From: Gammaproteobacteria bacterium
Lineage (GTDB): Bacteria; Pseudomonadota; Gammaproteobacteria; JBCCGL01
Assembly (NCBI GenBank): GCA_965277715.1
Contig: OZ255836.1
Coordinates: 2,496,001 to 2,560,000 of the forward strand
Direction of reading: 5' to 3'
DNA: 64,000 nt
A program made the position numbers and the translations under genes. The notes beneath the pieces are model-generated. The model saw nothing but the letters and a program-made list of their open reading frames with translations. It was not told the DNA's origin and made no database searches. Shown here piece by piece: positions 43,379 through 51,717 of the stretch. Every line of letters starts with the position of its first letter. The first letter of the stretch is position 1.

Positions 43379-44188
43379 ATGAAAAATACTTCTTGCATTT
43401 TTTTCCCCTTGATAATACTTATTATTATTTTTTATAACGATACTGTTTATTCTGATGATATGAAAAAACATTTAGATGAATTTAATTCGGCTTTTTTTTT
43501 AGGTAAGAATTCCTATAAGGAATTGAAAAAAAGTGATTTAAAAGATTTTTTTAATGTAGCCATTCAAACAAACTTTGAAGATGATAAATATAACAATAGA
43601 ATGTTCAAATGGGACTCGAATATTCGTATGGGAACTATAGGGGGAAGGAATTTGGGAGATTCGGAAGAAATTGTCGATATTGCAATAAATTCAATATTTG
43701 GTCTTATACAGAGATACGTCCCGACTTCTCAGGCTATAGACGATGCGAATTTCATAATATTTTTTTCTGCTAATATATATAAAGATCATGAAGAAGGAAA
43801 ACTTGATAGATTTTTAGAATTTGTTTTAAGTAGTGATCGTATACCTCATATGCGTGAAAGAATTAGAGAGTATGAGATAAATAAAAAAAATTGCTTTTCT
43901 CTTTCTTCAATAGATACAAAAGAGGAGGAATATTTGAGATCAGTGCTATTTATAAACATTTCAAAAAATAATATTGAAACAGCCAACTGTGTTTCGAGAG
44001 AAATATTTAGAAGTCTTGGATTTCCAGGAAATTCTATTAATCCCCACTCAATACTAAATGAAAAATATAAATATCCTTTTTTGAGAAAAATTGATATTTA
44101 TTACCTGTCATTGCTTTATTATAAAAATTTTACATCGGGTGTAAAAAAAGACGAGCTGTATGAGGTTATTAATAATTTAGTTGAATAA
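43379..44188 (+). CDS. Exported DUF2927-like protein
   Basis: Signal peptide, KW..NIR, ANFIIFF, CV.REI.RSLGFPGN.....SILN. Confidence 0.55.
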   Translation: MKNTSCIFFPLIILIIIFYNDTVYSDDMKKHLDEFNSAFFLGKNSYKELKKSDLKDFFNVAIQTNFEDDKYNNRMFKWDSNIRMGTIGGRNLGDSEEIVDIAINSIFGLIQRYVPTSQAIDDANFIIFFSANIYKDHEEGKLDRFLEFVLSSDRIPHMRERIREYEINKKNCFSLSSIDTKEEEYLRSVLFINISKNNIETANCVSREIFRSLGFPGNSINPHSILNEKYKYPFLRKIDIYYLSLLYYKNFTSGVKKDELYEVINNLVE

Positions 44189-44348
44189 ATCTGGTTCTGT
44201 GGGGAGGAAATATTTCAATGCCTAGTTTAGAGTTAGGTGTTTCAGTAGGGGAGGTTTCTGTTACCACGGAAGGCGTGAGTGTAGATGTTACAAAAGCTCA
44301 TGACTTCGGTATCGTTTCGATTAATGGTAAGCGCCCTTAAATCAGCCT

Positions 44349-45955
44349 CTATTCCAAGGTAATGTCCAAAACGACATGCCAAGGTAGCAAGGCCTCTATC
44401 TTTTCAAGAGTATCGGCACTGCCGATATGATTAAGGACGTGCAGTATGTACGCATAGGGTTCAAGCCCATTAGCTTTGGCCGTTTCGATCAATGAGTAAC
44501 ATGTGGCACTGGCATGGGCGCCACGGGTTGAATCGGCAAACAACCAGGCTTTTCTACCCACGGCAAAAGGCCTAATGGCATTTTCAGCCAGCACGTTGCT
44601 GATGTGTAACCGTCCATCATCACAGTAGCCTGTGAGGGTATGCCATTGATTCAGTGCATAGTCCATGGCGTTACGAGTAAGGGACTTTTTAGCCACCTTA
44701 GTAATATGCTTATCCAGCCATTGTTTGAAGTCTTCCAACACCGGCTGGCTAAGTGCTTGGCGAAGTGTTTGTTTTTCTGCGGGTTCAAGCGCTTGTATCT
44801 TTTTCTCAATGAGATAGAGCTTGCGGATTTTACCGATGGCGACATCGGCTTTCGAGGCACGGGGTTTTTCGTGTTTGCTTTATCGGCGGCTTTAATGGCA
44901 TCAATGAATTTTCGGCGCACATGATCCCAGCAACCGATACGTGTCAGATTTTGCTGTTCGCACACCCCGTTATACCCTGAATAGCCATCGACTTGCAGAG
45001 TGCCTTGAAAACCTTCCAGTAAGCGTTGCGGCACTTCGCCCGAACGAGAGGGGGCGTATTCAAACAACACACTGGGCTGGTCTGGAGGGCCACCGCGCGT
45101 TAGCCACATCCATTTATCGGATTGGGCGGTTTTGCCATTTTCTTTGAGTACCTGGATACGCGTTTCGTCCATTTGCACATAATCACCGGCATTTTGACTT
45201 TCTCGCAGCAAGGTCATCAAGGGTTTAAAGACATCGTCCAGGCGAATCATCCAGTTGGCCATGTTGGTGCGGCTCACGGCATGTCCATAACGCTTTAAAA
45301 TACTTTCCTGGCGATACAAGGGCAACCCATCGGCGTATTTGGACACCATGATGTTGGCGAGCAAGGCCGTGCTGGCAAAGCACTTACCCAAAGGATGTAT
45401 GGGGCGTTGTGCGGCGATGATGTGGTCATCACCTGCGTAGCTGAAGACGGCCTTTTCTTGCCAGTACTCCAAAACGTTGAGTTGTGCGGGAATGTATTGG
45501 AGTTCTTCTTTGACTTTAACGAAGAAAGTACGTGTAGCACCTGCTTTTTCCTCATCGTTTAAGGCCAGCTCAACGCGCACACGGGGTAAACTGTTGGAGA
45601 AGCCGCGTTGACGTTTTTTCTTGTTCGTGGTCGTAGGCTGAGGTAGCAACTCATCCGGTAGCTGGCTATCAATGTCGACAATGGCTTGTTCGAGCTCTGC
45701 TTCATCAAACAAATCGATCTGAAAGGCAAGCTTTTCGCTGTTAGCACCGAACCTCTGAACCTTGGAAAGACGCAACCGTTCTTCCAGCAAACGAATGTAG
45801 TGATCGCGGTTTTTAATGGTGTTTTTGTGACGTTGAATAATTTGGTTATGACGCGTTAATTCGGCTTCTTTTTCAGCAAGCACGATCACTAATTCAGCAG
45901 CCGTTAAGCCGGTGTCATTGCGTTGTTTTTGTTGAATTTCCGATGCCAAAACCAT
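44349..45955 (-). pseudogene. tnpC: IS66 transposase TnpC, split by a frameshift near 44866
   Basis: KYADGLPLYRQ, DETRIQVL, CWDHVRRKF, SNVLAENAIRPFAVGRKAWLF spread over two frames; the T-run is one base shorter than in copy 2. Confidence 0.9.
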
Positions 45956-46001
45956 CGTCTAAAAATCACTAAAATCAAACACTTTTTCACCCTTTAGCGA
46001 G

Positions 46002-46370
46002 CTAAAAAACAGACTCGTAATGCAATACTTTGTGGCCTTTCATTGCGGCTAAATCATAGCCATCAAGCAACCAATTTATTTGTGTGCCGGTCAGTGATAT
46101 GACTTCCTCATCGAGGTCAGGCCACTTAAATTGCTCTTCGGCCAAGGCTTTGTAATACAGTACAAAACCGTTGTCCTCCCACATCAGACACTTGATTTTG
46201 TTGCGGTGGCGATTGGTGAACACGTATAAGCCACCATCAAACAGGTTGTGACCCAGCTCTCGCTCAACAATGGCCGCAAGGCCATTGCTTTGCTTACGAA
46301 AGTCCACCGCCTCTCGGTATAAAAACACCTTTGGAATATCGAGCGATGGCCGTAAATAACGGGCCTTCAT
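46002..46370 (-). CDS. tnpB: IS66 accessory protein TnpB
   Basis: VDFRKQSNGL, VFTNR.RNKIK.L.WE.NGF.LYYK.L....F.WP. Confidence 0.93.
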   Translation of the reverse strand: MKARYLRPSLDIPKVFLYREAVDFRKQSNGLAAIVERELGHNLFDGGLYVFTNRHRNKIKCLMWEDNGFVLYYKALAEEQFKWPDLDEEVISLTGTQINWLLDGYDLAAMKGHKVLHYESVF

Positions 46371-46684
46371 AACTGTGCCAGTAACGCGCCAACTAACGTC
46401 ACGTTAGCGGCGGTAATGCCAGAAATGGCACAGCCATTGGCCAGCTTAAAACACAAACCCGGATCACCCCTTTGGGTGTCGGCCACCACGATATTAGCAA
46501 AGCCTGCCAAAGGGGTTTTATTCTGTCTTGATTGAATAGTTTTACGAGAACATTTTCGGTTCCAATAGTAAAACTGCTTCAAGTGGATGCCGTTATCCTG
46601 GCAAAACTGCGCACCACTCAAACCGGATGCTTGCCATTGTTCAATTTGATTGCGCCAGTACAACGCACGTTCTTTATTACTCAT
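46367..46684 (-). CDS. tnpA: IS66 accessory protein TnpA
   Basis: W...IEQWQASGLSGAQFC..NGI....FYYW. Confidence 0.9.
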   Translation of the reverse strand: MSNKERALYWRNQIEQWQASGLSGAQFCQDNGIHLKQFYYWNRKCSRKTIQSRQNKTPLAGFANIVVADTQRGDPGLCFKLANGCAISGITAANVTLVGALLAQL

Positions 46685-46800
46685 ATTACACCTAGCGGGT
46701 ATTGGGTTGCTGTGGTGCAGTGTGAAGGAGGATCAGACTATTTGGTAGACGCCTATTCTTTGGCGCTTACCCGTTTTCGATTTTCGGGGTATCTTTGCAC

Positions 46801-47262
46801 TTATCTATATAGTGTCTGTCCTGAATGGTCTTGGGGAAGGCCAAGCCTCTCAATTTCATTGCGTAAAGCTGCAATATGCTCTTGAAGTTCTGGGTTTGAG
46901 TTTACAACATTAACTGAGTTATCAGTTGAATTTTGGTTGATTCGATTATTTGTGCCGGAAATATTGTATGTAATATGTTGAACTGCGGCTTTTGCCTCAG
47001 GAAGGCCGAGTTTAACTACGTCCATTTGGTAGCCAGCAGGAATGCTATGAAATTTCTCATGAAACCCTGGATCTATAACTTTGTAAGTTTCTTCTGCGCC
47101 ATTGCTCATTGAGCGCTGAACTAAGTCACCGGTCTCTATCAAAATATCAGAACGTTGAATAAATATTTTATCTTTTTGTACGCTCGATTTGATATTCGAG
47201 AATATCTCTCCATCTTGCTTTAACACTTTTACAGTGTCTGTCATTAAATCATCGAATGGCAT
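46801..47262 (-). CDS. Hypothetical protein of second integron cassette (3' end probably truncated)
   Basis: AGGAGA RBS and ATG just after the attC GTTAAGT; MPFDDLMTDTV...NNRINQNSTDNSVN. No attC follows before IS66. Confidence 0.7.
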   Translation of the reverse strand: MPFDDLMTDTVKVLKQDGEIFSNIKSSVQKDKIFIQRSDILIETGDLVQRSMSNGAEETYKVIDPGFHEKFHSIPAGYQMDVVKLGLPEAKAAVQHITYNISGTNNRINQNSTDNSVNVVNSNPELQEHIAALRNEIERLGLPQDHSGQTLYR

Positions 47263-47282
47263 TCTGCGATCTCTCCTTGGTA

Positions 47283-47365
47283 ACTTAACGCCAACCATCA
47301 GGGCGTATTTGCAGCGAAGCCGAAGGCGTAGCGGAAAATGCGTCCCTTGCATGGTTTTGTTAGCC
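47283..47365 (-). other. Integron attC recombination site (83 bp)
   Basis: Minus strand: GGCTAAC-AAAA-CCATGCAAGGGACGCATTT...AAATACGCCCTGATGG-TTGGC-GTTAAGT. R''/R' boxes, paired arms with extrahelical bases, and the upstream stop codon inside R''. Confidence 0.88.
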
Positions 47366-47800
47366 CTCACGTTTCTTGCGCTGTGACTTTTTCATGTAAT
47401 TCGACCAATTGGTATTTTCCTTGGAGATAAGCCCTTCGGTACGCTCAACAAGTAGATGGAAGGAGTCATCAACGTTGTATGGCTCTGCACCAGTTAAAAA
47501 TAGATATTTTTCATGCCGAAGAGATTCACAGATAGTTCTGTACTCCAGCCAATTTTCTTGAAATTGATAAAGCCCAAGTACGGCAGTTATCGCAGCGACG
47601 ATCAAGCCAAGCGCCCCGACTGCAATTTTTAAACATAGAGTTGATTCATCTATATAGCCGGAAATGAATGGTATCGATGCAGACGCAATAATTACAATGA
47701 CCTGCAGCCTTTTAAACCACTTTTGATTGGCAACGCTCTTCTTGTCGTACCACTCAATTTGGGGGTCTAACCGTTCTTCAATGTACTGTTGCTGGTCCAT
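47360..47800 (-). CDS. SLATT-family 2-TM protein (DUF4231)
   Basis: Y...RL..QI.WYDKKS..NQ, two TM helices, ENWL.YR..CE.L..EKYLF.....PY. Confidence 0.88.
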   Translation of the reverse strand: MDQQQYIEERLDPQIEWYDKKSVANQKWFKRLQVIVIIASASIPFISGYIDESTLCLKIAVGALGLIVAAITAVLGLYQFQENWLEYRTICESLRHEKYLFLTGAEPYNVDDSFHLLVERTEGLISKENTNWSNYMKKSQRKKREG

Positions 47801-47806
47801 CTGAGA

Positions 47807-48301
47807 CTAACACTGCCTGTTGTTAATGAAACGATCACGTGGGTTTACGATCAGATTCTGTTTGTTGAATCTTGCATCCCATGCTTCATTAATTATGTTT
47901 TCAAGAGATTTTGATGTGGATGGTTTTTTGTAAAATTTCGAATAGCCAGCATCAACGTTGCTCTGAACTCGGCTGGGGAGTGTTTTGTACGAATCCCACA
48001 ACTGGATTGCAACAAGTCCATTAGGGTATCCGTCAGCAGGATTCCGGAGTGATGCTTGTACTTCCCAGTCTACAAACTTCCTTGCCCATGTGCACTTCCC
48101 GATCAGGACTATCGTTACGGTCGAGTCTTTGAGATACAGTTCTCTGATTCGCTTCATAACATAGTCGGTGTTTGTAGAATCGATGATGTCGTCTTCCATC
48201 TTCAATCCTCGGCGAATAAAGCTACCTGAAAATGTTTCGCAGAAATCATCAACCGCATCCTTATCTGCAGCATTATAAGAAAGAAAGCATTTATGGGTCA
48301 T
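47807..48301 (-). CDS. TIR-domain protein (DUF1863/MTH538, Thoeris ThsB-like)
   Basis: KCFLSY...D, IRE.YLKDSTVTIVLIG..TW.RKFVDWEVQASL (catalytic Glu), PNGL. Confidence 0.9.
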   Translation of the reverse strand: MTHKCFLSYNAADKDAVDDFCETFSGSFIRRGLKMEDDIIDSTNTDYVMKRIRELYLKDSTVTIVLIGKCTWARKFVDWEVQASLRNPADGYPNGLVAIQLWDSYKTLPSRVQSNVDAGYSKFYKKPSTSKSLENIINEAWDARFNKQNLIVNPRDRFINNRQC

Positions 48302-48321
48302 TGAGAAAATTCTCCTGTGAG

Positions 48322-48340
48322 GGCTAACAGCCTATTATCA
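48322..48340 (-). other. attI-like integron attachment site
   Basis: Minus strand TGATAAT-AGGCT-GTTAGCC has the xxxTAAx-N5-GTTRRRY geometry of attI; no attC-type palindrome upstream. Confidence 0.5.
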
Positions 48341-48604
48341 AGGAACGAATCCTCGATAACAATATTATGTGGAATCGCGATAATTTCGGGAGACTGAGTT
48401 CATAAAGACAGACTAAAATATTGATTAACATGACAAAAACCTACAAAAATCGCAAATAACAGACAAAAAAGTGCTGGAACGACTCCCTAAATCTTCGGCT
48501 TTAGATTGTCATATAGCACTCTCCGCTTTACAAGAATTTATACGTGTACAAACCGCCCTTTTTGCAGTCTATTTACGTCCATCAGTGCCTGTCCTGAATG
48601 ATCC

Positions 48605-48661
48605 TCTGAAGCGACCTTGTTTCCAGAGATTGATAAAGTTGCACGATTTTTAAAGGGGTAG
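48605..48661 (+). pseudogene. C-terminal remnant resembling FRG-domain proteins
   Basis: SEATLFPEIDKVARFLKG* immediately before the DUF262 gene. Confidence 0.35.
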
Positions 48662-48665
48662 GTAA

Positions 48666-49646
48666 TTGAGTAGATTAGAAAATAAAATTGACGCGAATAA
48701 TCGCTCTATCTTAGAAGTGCTCGATAATAAAAAATATATCGTTGATTACTATCAGCGTGAGTATAGCTGGGAGCAAACCCACATAGAGCAACTTGTGACT
48801 GACCTGTGTAATGCGTTTTTAGATAATTATGCCCCAGAGCATCAACGCCTAGATGTAGCTGATTATAACAGCTACTACTTAGGCCCATTTGTTCTGAGCG
48901 AAAAACCAGGTAAGCGCAGTATTATTGATGGTCAACAGCGTTTAACCTCACTGACGCTCTTTCTTATTTACCTCAACAACAAGCAAAAAGAACTTAATTT
49001 GAATGAAGCGATTTCTGGAATGATTTTTTCAGAAAAGTTCGGACAAAAGTCATTCAATATTGATGTGCCAGAACGTACAGCTTGCCTCGATGCATTGTTC
49101 AATAAAGGTGAATACATACCACCTGAAGATGCGGATGCTTCAACAGCCAATATAGCGGCTCGTTATCAGAATATTTGTGATGCGTTTCCTGTTGATCGTA
49201 TTGATGAAAATGCATTGCCCCTATTTCTTGATTGGCTTCGAGAGCTTGTTGTTTTGGTGGAAATCGTGGCTTATAGCGATGAAAACGCCTATACCATCTT
49301 TGAAACAATGAATGATCGAGGCTTAAATCTTACCCCTACCGAAATGCTAAAAGGCTTTTTACTTTCCAAGTATCGTGATGATGCCAAACGTAAACACGCT
49401 AATGATTTTTGGAAAAAAACCATTATCGACCTAAAAGCGTTTGATAAAGAAGAAGATCAACGCTTTATCCAGGCTTGGTTAAGAGCAAAATATGCAAAGT
49501 CAATCCGACAAAGCAAAGCTGGCTCACTCAACGAAGATTTTGAGAAGATAGGCACACGCTTTCACAATTGGGTGAGGGATAATTTAACTCGAATTGGTTT
49601 AGCAAAAGCAGGTGAAGCTGAGCTTGATAACTTAATAAATACGTAA
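48666..49646 (+). pseudogene. DUF262 (GmrS/ParB-like) protein, truncated by IS66
   Basis: YQREYSW, IIDGQQRLTSL, IFETMNDRGLNL. The stop falls in the IS66 IR at 49643; no C-terminal HNH (DUF1524). Confidence 0.88.
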
Positions 49647-51585
49647 GCGCCCTTAAATCAGCCTCTATTCCAAGGTAATGTCCAAACCGACATGCCAAGG
49701 TAGCAAGGCCTCTCTCTTTTCAAGAGTATCGGCACTGCCGATATGATTAAGGACGTGCAGTATGTACGCATAGGGTTCAAGCCCATTAGCTTTGGCCGTT
49801 TCGATCAATGAGTAACATGTGGCACTGGCATGGGCGCCACGGGTTGAATCGGCAAACAACCAGGCTTTTCTACCCACGGCAAAAGGCCTAATGGCATTTT
49901 CAGCCAGCACGTTGCTGATGTGTAACCGTCCATCATCACAGTAGCCTGTGAGGGTATGCCATTGATTCAGTGCATAGTCCATGGCGTTACGAGTAAGGGA
50001 CTTTTTAGCCACCTTAGTAATATGCTTATCCAGCCATTGTTTGAAGTCTTCCAACACCGGTTGGCTAAGTGCTTGGCGAAACCTTTGTTTTTCTGCGGGT
50101 TCAAGCGCGTGTATCTTTTTCTCAATGAGATAGAGCTTGCGGATTTTACCGATGGCGACATCGGCTTTCGAGGCACGGGGTTTTTTCGTGTTTGCTTTAT
50201 CGGCGGCTTTAATGGCATCAATGAATTTTCGGCGCACATGATCCCAGCAACCGATACGTGTCAGATTTTGCTGCTCGCACACCCCGTTATACCCTGAATA
50301 GCCATCGACTTGCAGAGTGCCTTGAAAACCTTCCAGTAAGCGTTGCGGCACTTCACCCGAACGAGAGGGGTCGTATTCAAACAACACACTGGGCTGGAGG
50401 GCCACCGCGCGTTAGCCACATCCATTTATCGGATTGGGCGGTTTTGCCATTTTCTTTGAGTACCTGAATACGTGTTTCGTCCATTTGCACATAATCACCG
50501 GCATTTTGACTTTCCCGCAGCAAGGTCATCAGGGGTTTAAAAACCGCTTCCAGGCGAATCATCCAGTTGGCCATGTTGGTGCGGCTCACGGCATGTCCAT
50601 AACGCTTTAAAATACTTTCCTGGCGATACAAGGGCAACCCATCGGCGTATTTGGACACCATGATGTTGGCGAGCAAAGCCGTGCTGGCAAAGCACTTACC
50701 CAAAGGGTGTATGGGGCGTTGTGCGGCGATAATGTGATCATCACCTGCGTAGCTGAAGACGGCCTTTTCTTGCCAGTACTCCAAAACGTTGAGTTGTGCG
50801 GGAATGTATTGGAGTTCTTCTTTGACTTTAACGAAGAAAGTACGTGTAGCACCTGCTTTTTCCTCATCGCTTAAGGCCAGCTCAACGCGCACACGGGGTA
50901 AACGGTTGGAGAAGCCGCGTTGACGTTTTTTCTTGTCCGTGACCGTAGGCTGAGGTAGCAACTCATCCGGTAGTTGGCTATCAATATCGACAATGGCTTG
51001 TTCGAGTTCCGCTTCATCAAACAAGTCAATCTGGAAGGCAAGCTTTTCGCTCAAACAGGTTGTGGCCAAGCTCTCGCTCAACAATGGCCGCAAGGCCATT
51101 GCTTTGCTTACGAAAGTCCACCGCCTCTCGGTATAAAAACACCTTTGGAATATCGAGCGATGGTCGCAAATAACGGGCCGTCATAACTGCGCCAGTAACG
51201 CGCTAACTAACGTCACATTAGCGGCGGTAATGCCAGAAATGGCACAGCCATTGGCCAGCGTAAAACACAAACCCGGATCAGCCCTTTGCCTATCAGCCAC
51301 CATCACTTGGGTAAAGCCTGCTACAGGCATGTTACTCTGCACTGCTTGAATAGTTTTACGCGAACATTTACGGCTCCAATAGTAAAACCGTTTCAAGTTG
51401 ATGCCGTTATCCTGGCAAAACTGCGCACCACTCAAACCGGATGCTTGCCATTGTTCAATTTGATTGCGCCAGTACGACGCGCGTTCTTTATTGCTCATAC
51501 TACACCTATGCGGGTATTCGGTTGCTGTGGTGCAGTGTGAGGACGAACCCGAGTAATTGCTAGACGTCTATTCTTTGGCGCTTAC
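49643..51585 (-). mobile_element. IS66-family element, copy 2 (internal deletion across tnpB/tnpC, tnpC frameshift)
   Basis: IRs GTAAGCGCC (49643) / GGCGCTTAC (51585); near-identical to copy 1; deletion junction near 51051 and 4-bp loss near 50395; tnpA at 51181-51498. Confidence 0.93.
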
Positions 51586-51601
51586 GGTAAAAACACTTCA
51601 T

Positions 51602-51717
51602 CTTCAGCCCCTTAGACGCCCCCGCTACGATTCAACTGTGGAATTTAGGTTAAAGGAGACCTTGCTAAGATTGAAGCTAAGGTTACTCTGACTCAGTGGA
51701 TGCTGGGGTTGGTGATT
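51602..51717 (+). repeat. 116-bp direct repeat, right copy
   Basis: Matches 36210-36325 and ends within the stop codon of the TRAP permease gene. Confidence 0.9.

Larger units (their letters stand above)
44327..46770 (-). mobile_element. IS66-family element, copy 1 (tnpA-tnpB-tnpC, tnpC frameshifted)
   Basis: Terminal IRs GTAAGCGCC (44327) / GGCGCTTAC (46770); three-ORF layout. Confidence 0.95.

Noticed and set aside
47263-47370. N-terminal extension of the 189-aa ORF 46801-47370 in the ORF track
   Set aside because: It reads through the attC site; the RBS-supported start is at 47262.
48430-48660. Possible intI remnant divergent from the attI-like site
   Set aside because: No integrase motifs recognised in the three plus-strand frames.
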